A stretch of DNA of 44,537 nucleotides from Erysipelotrichaceae bacterium (GTDB lineage Bacteria; Bacillota_I; Bacilli_A; RFN20; CAG-449). Below the pieces are notes generated by a model. The model was not told the DNA's origin and made no database searches. It worked only from the letters and a program-made list of their open reading frames with translations. Within the stretch, counting starts at the first letter, position 1. Each line of letters begins with the position of its first letter. Below are positions 17,665-27,331 of the stretch, piece after piece. The stretch lies in assembly GCA_022772105.1 (NCBI GenBank), contig JALFBO010000029.1:1-44537 (forward strand). The letters are read 5' to 3'. The translations under genes and the position numbers were made by a program.

Positions 17665-18708
17665 TCAGTTAGATAAATTTTCTTCTAGAAAAGAAGCGAT
17701 TGATGACATTACTACTTCATCCATTTCCACAAGTTTATTGTAATCTAAGCCTCCATAGAATTCATCTTTCTTTTCTTGAGGAATCTCACATTTATTTTCT
17801 AAATATAAACGATAATACTCTTCATTAGTATCATTGTCGTATTTTGCTCCTTCAAGAGTTAAATTAGGACGATGGAATCTATCTTTCACAAGTAAAAACT
17901 TCTTTGTTTCATCATCTTTGCATGCTTCTTTAAATTCCTCAAAATTATAGACGCTATTTACAATTGTATCTCTATCGGCAGCGATGACATATACTGGCAC
18001 TTTAGTATTTAGTAATGTTTGTTTAGTTGATACTTTACTATAAGATTTAAAACGATGCTTATCAAACAACTTAAATACAAATCCATATGGTTTCATGTTT
18101 CTTAATGAAGCAGTTTCAAGTTCATGAGCTACTTGAGAAAAAGATTCATCAAATGGACTTAGTGCAACAACAGCTTTAATATTGTCATAGTAATTTAAAA
18201 CGTTAACCGCTGCATATGCACCCATAGAATGGCCGTATATTACTTTTTTATAATTCTTTAGTTCTTCTAGACTATCGATGTATTCTAGGGCATATTTTAA
18301 ATCGATTACTGTTTGAGGAAATCCTGGAAATATTTTTCCCTCTGAATCTAAACAACCAGTATAATCAAAAGCAAACACCTTATATCCTAATTTAGCAAAA
18401 TAGTTAATCTCGGTTGTGTATTGTAAATGGCCTGCGCCAAGTCCATGGCTTAGAACTAATAATCCTTTGTATGCTTCTAGAGTAGGATAATAATATAAAT
18501 GAGCCGCTAGAAGCTGTCCTTTATTAGAAGTGAAAGATAAATCTTCTTTTTTTAATCCTTCAAAATCTTCAACTGTAAAATATTTTAAAGTATGGTTATC
18601 ATTATACCTTTTATTAAACATACTACGATATACTCTACTAGCTGTAATTAAGATAAGGATAAAAGAAATAATAATTCCTCCACCTACTATTCCTAAAAAT
18701 ATCCACAT
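17665..18708 (-). CDS. Membrane-anchored alpha/beta-fold hydrolase
   Basis: The N-terminal TM is MWIFLGIVGGGIIISFILILIT. The nucleophile elbow is GHSMGA, preceded by the HG-type block SHGLGAG. The SD is AGGAGAAAG. Confidence 0.85.
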   Translation of the reverse strand: MWIFLGIVGGGIIISFILILITASRVYRSMFNKRYNDNHTLKYFTVEDFEGLKKEDLSFTSNKGQLLAAHLYYYPTLEAYKGLLVLSHGLGAGHLQYTTEINYFAKLGYKVFAFDYTGCLDSEGKIFPGFPQTVIDLKYALEYIDSLEELKNYKKVIYGHSMGAYAAVNVLNYYDNIKAVVALSPFDESFSQVAHELETASLRNMKPYGFVFKLFDKHRFKSYSKVSTKQTLLNTKVPVYVIAADRDTIVNSVYNFEEFKEACKDDETKKFLLVKDRFHRPNLTLEGAKYDNDTNEEYYRLYLENKCEIPQEKKDEFYGGLDYNKLVEMDEVVMSSIASFLEENLSN

Positions 18709-18720
18709 AAATTCTTTCTC

Positions 18721-20733
18721 CTATGAAATAGTATTAATTGAGACTTTCATAGTATTCATATTTACTACAATTTCGATGGTTGATCCTATCGTTAAACCAG
18801 TAGCTTGGAAGTTTCCTCCACTATTTAAGCTTAGTTCATCAGTGGTACCATCTTTTAATCCCCAGTTTATTTCATCCCAATTAGTACCATTATTAAATTT
18901 AAAACTAAATGATTCACATTCTACATTTTCAATGATGCATTTATATATTCCTTCACCCTGATACACTAAAGGATAATCTTTTGTAGTCCAATTGTTTTTA
19001 TATCCTGATAAATAGACGTTATCATAAATAGGTAATGAAGTAGAAAGACTTGTGTTTGAAGTTAAAGAAGTCGATGGACCTCCATTTGCTCCGCCATCAA
19101 GAACTAAATCAAGATTCACCATTTTTCCTTTTTCAGTAATGTATTCTTCAAAAGAAATATTACCCGAAGCATATGGCGTTAATGAAAGTGAATAACTGGA
19201 ATAATTATTTTTAAAAGCATTATATAAAGATTCAAAAGTAGATAAATTCCACCATGAAGATGCTTTAATAGCTTTAACTTGATTTAAATATACTGCTTTC
19301 GCGTAATTTGTTGTCGATGATAAGAAAGTATCTTTAAATAGCTTAACACTTGTTTGTCTTTGTTTACCTTGAGCTACTAAAGAAAATACTTCTGCTTTTG
19401 TCATATTGTTTCCATCTGGATTCCAATTAGAACCTCCTGCTCCAAAACATCTATCATAATCGATTGGAATAATAATCATCTTTCCATCAGTTCTACGAAA
19501 ATATATCATGTAGTTGTTGTTATTATTTCTTAAATCATCTGGATTACCTAACATATAAGAAACTGCTTCTTCTACCGCTAGATAACGTAAGTCTACATAG
19601 GAATCTATTTTTGTATAATCAGAACTGTTGATGTTTGTAATACAAGTTCTTAATCTTTCTGAATCATCATTAGCATTTTTATTCGTTTTACGATTATAAA
19701 CAGGAACATAAGTTCCATCTGGGCTATTAACTCCTATCCTACTACCTTTCGAAGATTCATATGTTAAATCAGCGCCTTCTCCATATCCTCCACTTCCATA
19801 ACCATAACTACATTTATATAAGTCACCATATGAAGAATTAGCTACGCCGTTAGTAGCTATTTTTTCTTCTGCCCAAGGAGCCATATTAATAAAGCTGCCA
19901 TTTTTTAAAGACCTTTTAATAAGCGATTTTGTAGCAGGTTCAAAGATTCTAAATAATCCCATGTTTTTTGTTTTACCCGAAGTGGTTGTCATAGTTATTT
20001 CGCCTAAAGTTACATGTTGAGAAATAATTCCATTAGCTCTATATAACATTGAAGAATAAATCTCTTTAATATAAGTTTCATCATCACAAGCATTAAATTT
20101 TGTATCTAATCCTGATAAACCTAAAAAATTTCTGTCTTTTCGAGCTAAACGATCTGCTTCACTTGCCCATGTTGTTAATTCAGAAGAAGAATATACGTTT
20201 GCATCATCCCAAGTTTCATCAAAAGATAACTTAACATGGAAAACATTAATTTCTCCATCCACAAAAATATTATCACGCGACATATTACCTTTTTGTCTTA
20301 TACCAACATCATCAAACTCCCAAACGAAAGTATTTCCTTCATTAGTTAAAGAAATAGTCACTTTTTGAGCATGACGATATTTATCAGTTTTTTGTTGAGG
20401 ACCGCCTTCTTCAAAATCATTTTGTAATAATTGTAATTCACTATCAGAAATATCAATTTTTATACTAACTTTATTATATGGATTAAAGAAATCATCAAAA
20501 GTAACATCAAGTTGAGAGGCAATTGTTCTTTTTTCTATTTTAAATTCATCAATAGCAACGTCCTTATATGCGTCTTTTGCAAGCAAATCTTCTTCAGAAA
20601 CAGAGGAAGTAAAACTATTTCCTCCTCCACCACTTTGATTACTAATATTATTAGAAGATGGATTACGTTTAATATTTATACATCCTACAAGTAAAAAAGC
20701 TAAACTTAAAACTAATAAACTTCTCTTTTTCAT
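18721..20733 (-). CDS. CotH-family (atypical kinase fold) lipoprotein with C-terminal beta-sandwich/CBM-like module
   Basis: The lipobox reads MKKRSLLVLSLAFLLVGC. CotH-like blocks are VGIRQKGNMSR, GLFRIFEP, GDLYKC and NNYMIYFRRTDGKMIIIPIDYDRCFG. The C-terminal segment reads VYLSGYKNNWTTKDYPLVYQGEGIYKC...FKFNNGTNWDEINWG. Confidence 0.75.
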   Translation of the reverse strand: MKKRSLLVLSLAFLLVGCINIKRNPSSNNISNQSGGGGNSFTSSVSEEDLLAKDAYKDVAIDEFKIEKRTIASQLDVTFDDFFNPYNKVSIKIDISDSELQLLQNDFEEGGPQQKTDKYRHAQKVTISLTNEGNTFVWEFDDVGIRQKGNMSRDNIFVDGEINVFHVKLSFDETWDDANVYSSSELTTWASEADRLARKDRNFLGLSGLDTKFNACDDETYIKEIYSSMLYRANGIISQHVTLGEITMTTTSGKTKNMGLFRIFEPATKSLIKRSLKNGSFINMAPWAEEKIATNGVANSSYGDLYKCSYGYGSGGYGEGADLTYESSKGSRIGVNSPDGTYVPVYNRKTNKNANDDSERLRTCITNINSSDYTKIDSYVDLRYLAVEEAVSYMLGNPDDLRNNNNNYMIYFRRTDGKMIIIPIDYDRCFGAGGSNWNPDGNNMTKAEVFSLVAQGKQRQTSVKLFKDTFLSSTTNYAKAVYLNQVKAIKASSWWNLSTFESLYNAFKNNYSSYSLSLTPYASGNISFEEYITEKGKMVNLDLVLDGGANGGPSTSLTSNTSLSTSLPIYDNVYLSGYKNNWTTKDYPLVYQGEGIYKCIIENVECESFSFKFNNGTNWDEINWGLKDGTTDELSLNSGGNFQATGLTIGSTIEIVVNMNTMKVSINTIS

Positions 20734-20756
20734 ATTTACCTCCGTTTGCTATTTTT

Positions 20757-20785
20757 ATTTTATCAAGTAAATATAATTATCACAA
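20757..20785 (-). promoter_or_regulatory. Putative sigma-A promoter of the CotH-hydrolase operon
   Basis: The minus strand reads TTGTGA (20780-20785), a 17-nt spacer, then TAAAAT (20757-20762). Confidence 0.45.
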
Positions 20786-20787
20786 TG

Positions 20788-20821
20788 AAAAAAAGGAAAC
20801 ATTCATCAGAAATGTTTCCTT
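20788..20821 (-). terminator. Rho-independent terminator of the pilus operon
   Basis: The minus strand reads AAGGAAACATT-TCTGATG-AATGTTTCCTT (11-bp perfect stem) followed by TTTTT. Confidence 0.8.
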
Positions 20822-20838
20822 TACATTTAAACGAATTA

Positions 20839-22575
20839 TTAGTCTTTCTTAAACATGATTTCTCTTAATTCAGCGATAGAGGAGTCACCACGAATAACCG
20901 CTCTTCTACAACATTCAACAAGAGTAATCATACCTTTTTCAATTGCTCTTTCTTTCATAGCTTCTGTTGAAGCATGAGCCATAATCATTTCTCTTACTTC
21001 TTCATCAATCATTAAGACTTCGTGGATACCAACACGGCCTTTGTAACCAGAACCATGGCAAGCTGGACATCCAACTGGTTCATAAATTTCAATAGGTTTA
21101 GTAATACCTAACATTTTCATTTGATGTTCATTTGTCTTAACTCTTAATTTACATGCAGGACATAATCTTCTAACTAAACGTTGAGCAATAACACCTGATA
21201 AAGCATCAGATACGAAATATGGTTCAACACCCATATCAATCAAACGAGCAACAGCACCTGGAGCATCGTTAGTGTGTAGTGTAGAGAAAACCAAGTGGCC
21301 CGTAATAGCGGAACGAATAGCAATTTGTGCAGTTTCTTCATCACGAATCTCACCAATCATGATAACGTTAGGGTCTTGACGAAGAATAGATCTTAATGCA
21401 GAAGCGAAAGTCATACCTGCTTTTGCATTAACTTGAACTTGGTTAACACCAATCATGGTATATTCTACTGGGTCTTCAACAGTAATTACGTTAACTGAAT
21501 CATTATTAACTTCCTTAATGAAGGAGTAAAGTGTTGTAGATTTACCACAACCAGTAGGACCAGTTAGAAGAATAATACCATATGGTTTATGAATTAATTC
21601 ATCAATCTTACTATTTTCTTCTGGTAAGAATCCAAGTTTATCTCTAGTAAATGCGAATGCTTTAGTGTCAAGAACACGGATAACGATTTTTTCGCCATAT
21701 ACTGTTGGAAGTGAAGATACACGGAAGTCGTAGTCAACACCATTTAAATTTTGTTTAATACGACCATCTTGTGGAATACGTCTTTCAGCAATGTTCATAC
21801 CTGATAAAATCTTAAAACGAGTAGAGACTGCTGGGAAGAGAGTTGTAGAGAATGTTGCTGATTCATATAAAGCACCATCAACACGGTATCTAACTCTAAC
21901 GATTGTTTCATATGGCTCAATGTGAATATCTGATGCACCAGCAGCAATACCTTCTTTTAAGATAGAGTCTGCAAGTTTAACAGCAGGAGCAGAAAGAATA
22001 TCTGCACCTTCTAATTCATCAACAGAAGAATCAACAATAGTTAAGTTCTCTTCTGAAGAGTATTGAGTAATAGCTTCGTTCATAGATGCTTTTGAGAAGA
22101 CAGATGAACTTAATTTTAAAATCTTTGCTGGAGAACCAACAACGATATCAACATTAGTACCAAATAAAGAAGTTACAATATTGATTTGTCTATCATCAAA
22201 TGGATCAGAGATAGCCACTAAATATTTGATTTTACCTGTAATATCTGGATGTTCTGTATCTACAATTGCAGGTTTACCATCTTTATCATAAGCATTGATT
22301 GGAATAATTTTATATTTATCAATAAAAGCTTGAGGACAAATTTTAACGACTTTGTCATTGTATTCAACACCTTCAATGTCTAGATATGACATCTTGGCGT
22401 ATTCAGCCATAACCATGGCTCTATTTTCTTCTTTTAATAATTTGAGGTCTACTAAATAGTTTTCAATACGAACTTTGGTATCTTCGCATTCTTCAACTGC
22501 TTTACGTAAAGCCCCAACTTCAACATATTTTCTAGCAAGAATTAATTTGATAATTTCTTCATTAATAATTTTCAT
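20839..22575 (-). CDS. pilB: Type IV pilus / T2SS-family assembly ATPase (PilB/GspE/ComGA class)
   Basis: The ATG at 22575 has SD GGAAGGAG. The tracked start at 22620 would overlap pilC. A T2SSE N-domain is present, with Walker A GPTGCGKST, Asp/His boxes, and the tetracysteine CPAC...CPACHGSGYKGR. Confidence 0.95.
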   Translation of the reverse strand: MKIINEEIIKLILARKYVEVGALRKAVEECEDTKVRIENYLVDLKLLKEENRAMVMAEYAKMSYLDIEGVEYNDKVVKICPQAFIDKYKIIPINAYDKDGKPAIVDTEHPDITGKIKYLVAISDPFDDRQINIVTSLFGTNVDIVVGSPAKILKLSSSVFSKASMNEAITQYSSEENLTIVDSSVDELEGADILSAPAVKLADSILKEGIAAGASDIHIEPYETIVRVRYRVDGALYESATFSTTLFPAVSTRFKILSGMNIAERRIPQDGRIKQNLNGVDYDFRVSSLPTVYGEKIVIRVLDTKAFAFTRDKLGFLPEENSKIDELIHKPYGIILLTGPTGCGKSTTLYSFIKEVNNDSVNVITVEDPVEYTMIGVNQVQVNAKAGMTFASALRSILRQDPNVIMIGEIRDEETAQIAIRSAITGHLVFSTLHTNDAPGAVARLIDMGVEPYFVSDALSGVIAQRLVRRLCPACKLRVKTNEHQMKMLGITKPIEIYEPVGCPACHGSGYKGRVGIHEVLMIDEEVREMIMAHASTEAMKERAIEKGMITLVECCRRAVIRGDSSIAELREIMFKKD

Positions 22576-22591
22576 AAACTTTCTCCTTCCA

Positions 22592-23818
22592 TTAATATGT
22601 TGTAGAACCAGATTGTTCAACAGCTGTCATTAAGCTTAACATTGGCATAAATACCGCTAAAATAATGACGACAACGATTACAGCAATAACCATAATCATA
22701 ACTGGTTCAATCATACCAGTCATTTGTTTAATCGCAGTATCAACTTGTTCTTCATAGTATGAGCAAACACGATCAAGAACTTCTTCAAGTTGACCTGTTT
22801 GTTCACCAATTGAAATCATTTCAGTTAACATTGTTGGGAATGTATTAATTGTTTCAATTGATTTAGAAATACCTTGACCACGTTTAATTTCTGAAGTAAC
22901 AATAGCTAAACGTTCTTCAAGAATTTTATTATCCATCAATTTACCCATAGTACCAATAGCGTCAACTACTGGAATTGATGAAGATAGTAAGGTTGAGAAA
23001 CCAGAAGTAAATCTAGATGTAGCAGAAGCAATTGTAACGCCAGAAATAATTGGTGCTGTCAACTTAAATTTATCTTTTGCCCTCTTAACCTTTTCAAATC
23101 TACCAAGTAATACCCATAGTAAGATTATTAAAGCCAAGACAGCTAGGATGTATAAATATTGTGTTGTTAAGAAGTTCGAGAATGCCTGCAAGGCCTTAGT
23201 AATAGCCGGCAGGTTATCTGATCCCAGTTGATCAAAGATTCCTTGGAACATTGGCATAACAACAACACAGATTAATACAAGAACACCAATAGCCATAGCC
23301 ACTAAGAATAATGGGTATTTTAAAGCGCCTTTAACTTTCTTTTTAGTTCTTGCATCCTTTTCATAGTAGTCAGCAAGTCTTTGTAAAATGACGTCTAGTT
23401 TACCTGATATTTCACCAATAGCAACCATGTTTCTAAAGAATGTTGGGAATGTTTTTGGATATTTAGCAAACGAGTCGGAAAGTTTTTGACCTTTTAAAAT
23501 GTCTGAGTGAACTACATCCAAAATAGATTTAAGTTTTTGGTTTCTAGTATTATCAATTAAAATTTCAATCGCATTAACAATTTGAATACCTGCTGTAACC
23601 ATGATAGCGAATTGCCTACAGAACATTGTTAAGTCATCAACTTTAATCTTTTCCATGAAAGAGAAAAGAGAACTTGATTCTGTAATCTTACGATATGAAA
23701 TTAAGTAATAGTTCATACTAGAAACAATATCACGTAAATCATCAGGATCTTTAGCGTAGAAAACCCCTCTTGTGATCTTGTTATTAATATCCTTTGCTTT
23801 AAATTTGTACTTGTTCAT
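22592..23818 (-). CDS. pilC: Type IV pilus platform protein (PilC/GspF/ComGB class)
   Basis: The protein is 408 aa with a duplicated T2SSF domain architecture and 3 TMs. Typical motifs are L..G..LS.A....P..FP and MI..GE.TG.L. Confidence 0.93.
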   Translation of the reverse strand: MNKYKFKAKDINNKITRGVFYAKDPDDLRDIVSSMNYYLISYRKITESSSLFSFMEKIKVDDLTMFCRQFAIMVTAGIQIVNAIEILIDNTRNQKLKSILDVVHSDILKGQKLSDSFAKYPKTFPTFFRNMVAIGEISGKLDVILQRLADYYEKDARTKKKVKGALKYPLFLVAMAIGVLVLICVVVMPMFQGIFDQLGSDNLPAITKALQAFSNFLTTQYLYILAVLALIILLWVLLGRFEKVKRAKDKFKLTAPIISGVTIASATSRFTSGFSTLLSSSIPVVDAIGTMGKLMDNKILEERLAIVTSEIKRGQGISKSIETINTFPTMLTEMISIGEQTGQLEEVLDRVCSYYEEQVDTAIKQMTGMIEPVMIMVIAVIVVVIILAVFMPMLSLMTAVEQSGSTTY

Positions 23819-23836
23819 TGTTTCTCACCTAATTTC

Positions 23837-24748
23837 TTAAATTGAAAATAAACCTAAATATAAGTTTATTAGTGGTAACCCATAAAATAAGGCTACTGTA
23901 AAGCCCAAAGTTAGATATGGGCCAAAGGGAAGAATTGCTCCTCCACCTTCTTCATCTGTATTTCTTTTTAATAGACTTGCGAAAGGAAGTTCCACAAGTA
24001 AGGCAAAGACCGCTCCAAAGAAGATACCAAGAAGAAGTAATCTTGCTCCTAAAAATAAGGATACTGCGGCAAAGAGTTTTAAATCTCCACCACCGATAAT
24101 CTCTCTATCTAATAATTTTTCAATAAGAGAAACTATCAAATAAATTACAACAGTGATTCCAAGTCCAATCAAACGTTCCGCCCAACCTATACTTATAGAA
24201 CTAAAGTATATGTTGAAAGACCATTCAAGAGGAATAATCCCCGTTTCCGTTATCGCGCTCATAATGACTGATACTAATCCACATCCTCCAATTATAAGAA
24301 CTAAAGAATCAGGAATAATATAGTGCTTAGCATCTATAAAGAAGATGGCAATGAAGCAACTGATAACGATAAATGTCACTATACATATGGAAATGTTATA
24401 ATGACCAAAGTAGTAATAAGTTAAGAGCCAAAGACCCATGGTAAGTAATTCCACTACCATGTATCTTGGTGATATCTTAGTACCACAATATCTACATTTA
24501 CCTTTTAAGAATAACCAAGCAAATACTGGAATATTGTCATACCATGCAAGCTTATGGTTACATGTTGGACAAAATGATCTAGGTTTTGCAAGATTAATTC
24601 CATTTGGCAAACGATAGATAACTACATTAAGGAAACTGCCAACGCAGAGTCCTACGATTGCAACTAGAATCCACTTAATCACTTCTAAAGTAATTTCTAA
24701 GGCTTCTAGATTGCTTAACAAACAAATTAGAACATGTCGAAGGACCAT
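23837..24748 (-). CDS. pilD: Prepilin peptidase / N-methyltransferase (A24 family, PilD/ComC)
   Basis: The Cys motif is CPTCNHKL...CRYCGTKIS. The catalytic Asp contexts are IPDSL and GGGDLKLFAA. The protein is multi-TM, with SD GGAGA 7 nt upstream. Confidence 0.92.
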   Translation of the reverse strand: MVLRHVLICLLSNLEALEITLEVIKWILVAIVGLCVGSFLNVVIYRLPNGINLAKPRSFCPTCNHKLAWYDNIPVFAWLFLKGKCRYCGTKISPRYMVVELLTMGLWLLTYYYFGHYNISICIVTFIVISCFIAIFFIDAKHYIIPDSLVLIIGGCGLVSVIMSAITETGIIPLEWSFNIYFSSISIGWAERLIGLGITVVIYLIVSLIEKLLDREIIGGGDLKLFAAVSLFLGARLLLLGIFFGAVFALLVELPFASLLKRNTDEEGGGAILPFGPYLTLGFTVALFYGLPLINLYLGLFSI

Positions 24749-25263
24749 TTTAAATTCTCCGAAGATTTAATCGTATAGCCATACCATCCAAACACCACAC
24801 GATATTTAACACAATCAACTCCGATTTGTCCATATTTGAAATCATCACAAGTAGATATATATAAATCTACTTTATCATCTAAATCTTCTGTTTCTCCTAT
24901 ATAATCACATGCGATAATATAACCATTACTAGTTTCATCTTCATAATATATATAAGCTATACCATCTTTAAAACGGAATTTTTCTTCATCTAGCAAAGAA
25001 GAATCGGGATTTTTTTCATAGAGAACTTTAGGTTGATATACGCTTTTGTTTCCATCTTTTTTCTCATAATAATCATTCATGAAATCATATAACTTATTCT
25101 CTAATACTAAAGTCTCATACTTAGCTTTTGCGGTATTAACTTGATTGATTGATACAGTAGCCACTAAAGCACTAACTGACAAGGAAACTGCAGTGATTAC
25201 TACGGCAAGGACAATTGATAGGGACATCGTCATGCCTTTTTTCGATCTTAACTTTTTAAGCAT
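24727..25263 (-). CDS. Pilin-like protein with degenerate class III signal (no Glu5); possible minor pilin or assembly component
   Basis: The N-terminus is MLKKLRSKKG/MTMSLSIVLAVV. The KLRSKKG leader is identical to that of the first pilin gene, but position +5 is Leu. A single TM is followed by a soluble domain of about 135 aa. Confidence 0.6.
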   Translation of the reverse strand: MLKKLRSKKGMTMSLSIVLAVVITAVSLSVSALVATVSINQVNTAKAKYETLVLENKLYDFMNDYYEKKDGNKSVYQPKVLYEKNPDSSLLDEEKFRFKDGIAYIYYEDETSNGYIIACDYIGETEDLDDKVDLYISTCDDFKYGQIGVDCVKYRVVFGWYGYTIKSSENLKWSFDMF

Positions 25264-25268
25264 AACCT

Positions 25269-25670
25269 TTACCTCTCAACTCTTACTGTTCTTTGGAAAC
25301 TTTCGTATCCAAACAAAACATATTTTTCACTTTCTACATATGGAACCATTGAAATCGTATAAATGTCATAGTGTGAACTAGATTTTGATTCCATTTGAAT
25401 TTCAATGTAATAATTTGTATTGTCACTAGTCTTTGTAGTAAATAATTCATCGTAGTATATTCTTCCTTCTCTTACTGAAGTAGGATCGACGGAAAATTCA
25501 TCTAATATTCCCTCTATCTTAAAGGAAATATTGTTGTTAAGTCTACTTTTAGAGGAAGCTTCTGTTGATGCGTTTGTTAAGATGACAACACAAGTTAAGA
25601 CAATACCAACAATAATAATTGATACTAATACTTCTAACAATGTGAAGCCTTTTTTGTTATTTTTCTTCAT
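25269..25670 (-). CDS. Type IV (pseudo)pilin with prepilin N-terminal cleavage/methylation motif
   Basis: The N-terminus is MKKNNKKG/FTLLEVLVSIIIVGIVL (canonical G-1, F+1, E+5). The SD is a strong AGGAGGAAAG. Confidence 0.85.
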   Translation of the reverse strand: MKKNNKKGFTLLEVLVSIIIVGIVLTCVVILTNASTEASSKSRLNNNISFKIEGILDEFSVDPTSVREGRIYYDELFTTKTSDNTNYYIEIQMESKSSSHYDIYTISMVPYVESEKYVLFGYESFQRTVRVER

Positions 25671-25705
25671 TTGCTTTCCTCCTTTCTTAAAAATTTAAAT
25701 AAATG

Positions 25706-26683
25706 TTATTTTACTTTTGGATTGAAGATGTAATTTGTTTTAGTTTCTTCAAGTAGTAATGCAGATAAAGTTGTAACATCTTTTGTTAACATTAATTTAT
25801 CACTTGGAATTAAGAATGTACCTTGTAAATAACGTTTGAAGAATTTGTAATAATCTTCTGTACAATAAACATCATCAGTATGGATGTAAATCTTTGATGT
25901 CTCTAGTTCTGGGTGAGCATGAACTAAACACTTAACTCTTACAACAACTTCAGTTAATGCATATTCAAGAGCTTCATTCATTTTCTTATATTTCATACCT
26001 TTTTCTTTAGAAGTTAAGATAACATCAAAATTAACTTTTTCAAGTTCTGATAGTCTTTGGTTTATATCATAAACTCCAACTGGAACTGTGAAGAATGACT
26101 TAAATTCAGCACCGGCAACAATACCAATGATCGTATCGAAGTTACCAATATCAAGATATAATCCTGAGTTTGATGAACCATATACTCTAGTACGAGCAAT
26201 ATATTTACCTAATGTTTGTTTTGTCCAACCAACTTTAGCAATGTGGTGTCCTAAAGGTTTGAATATAGACATCATTCTTTGGAAATATAATTTGTCTAAT
26301 AATGTGAAGAAGTAATCAATATTGCTCTTGTTCTTCTTTTCAGTATATAGATAAACAAATCTATCTTTCCATCCTGGATATAATTTTTCCATTTCAATCT
26401 TCAATGATTTGTCTGCTTCTTTCTTTGATAATTTTGGTAAAGAAACAACTTCTTGGAAAATTTGAGGAATCGCTAAAGAAACATAAATAGGTGCGGATTT
26501 AAAATCTGCTGTTCTTAATGTTTGTGAAATTCTTTTCGCGTCGGAAATTACACGTTCTACTGAATAGTCTTTTAATGACATTGAGTGAGCGACTCTTGAT
26601 TTAATTTTACCATTTAACAAACAAGCAAAATTAAGTCTAACGCCATCTGTTGTTGAAGTGATTGTTGTAACGATGATTTTCAT
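25706..26683 (-). CDS. pilM: PilM-like actin-fold pilus assembly protein
   Basis: The protein is 325 aa. It carries the PilM-type blocks ..LPKLSKKEADKSLKIEMEKLYP.. and the nucleotide-fold GLYLDIGNFDTIIGIV. Its position inside the pilus operon supports the call. Confidence 0.62.
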   Translation of the reverse strand: MKIIVTTITSTTDGVRLNFACLLNGKIKSRVAHSMSLKDYSVERVISDAKRISQTLRTADFKSAPIYVSLAIPQIFQEVVSLPKLSKKEADKSLKIEMEKLYPGWKDRFVYLYTEKKNKSNIDYFFTLLDKLYFQRMMSIFKPLGHHIAKVGWTKQTLGKYIARTRVYGSSNSGLYLDIGNFDTIIGIVAGAEFKSFFTVPVGVYDINQRLSELEKVNFDVILTSKEKGMKYKKMNEALEYALTEVVVRVKCLVHAHPELETSKIYIHTDDVYCTEDYYKFFKRYLQGTFLIPSDKLMLTKDVTTLSALLLEETKTNYIFNPKVK

Positions 26684-26709
26684 ATTATTATCTTCCTTTC
26701 CTAGCCTTA

Positions 26710-27243
26710 TTAACCAGTAATCATTTGAACTTCACCATATAGTCGGTAAGTTCTTTCCATAATCAAATATCCTTCTGAATCTAAAATGCTAATGTTTAAA
26801 ATCTGTTTATTTGTAACCCTATACTTAATTCCTTCCAAATTATTAGTATCAACTTTGATTTCTAAGCCTGTCACAGAATTTGTATAGTATAGATTACTTT
26901 TTGTATATTCCATTATTCTATATTTTGCATTTGTATCTAACTCTTCTTTTGTCGGAGTTCCATTTCCTTGATAAACATAGAAAACAAATGTATCATCCGC
27001 ATTTCTCTTGTAATATAAATGATTATCTTCACTGCTATTACAAAAATTTGTCATCTTTTCAAACGAGTTACTAACTAGTGTCGCAGCAGACGTCGCCGAT
27101 GTAGTATTAATCGCGGTATTGGTAACATTTCTATAGGCGACGATAATTGAACCGACCATAACAAAGAAAATGCTAGACACAACTAGAGTAATAATTACTT
27201 CAGTTAATGTAACACCTTTTTTACTGCGTAATTTTGTGCGCAT
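26710..27243 (-). CDS. Type IV (pseudo)pilin, first gene of the operon (candidate major pilin)
   Basis: The ATG at 27243 has SD AAGGGGGA. The N-terminus is MRTKLRSKKG/VTLTEVIITLVVSSIFFVMV (G-1, E+5). The 25-codon upstream extension in the ORF track lacks an SD. Confidence 0.85.
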   Translation of the reverse strand: MRTKLRSKKGVTLTEVIITLVVSSIFFVMVGSIIVAYRNVTNTAINTTSATSAATLVSNSFEKMTNFCNSSEDNHLYYKRNADDTFVFYVYQGNGTPTKEELDTNAKYRIMEYTKSNLYYTNSVTGLEIKVDTNNLEGIKYRVTNKQILNISILDSEGYLIMERTYRLYGEVQMITG

Positions 27244-27331
27244 TATTCTTTCCCCCTTACAATAACTCCCAAACTTAATTTTATTAATTTGTAAAATTAG
27301 AATGTCAAAAAGACCCAATGAGCCTATCTAA

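Noticed and set aside
18530-18961. A 143-aa plus-strand ORF spanning the CotH/hydrolase junction.
   Set aside because: It is antisense to two well-supported minus-strand genes and crosses their intergenic SD. It has no SD of its own and a low-complexity sequence.
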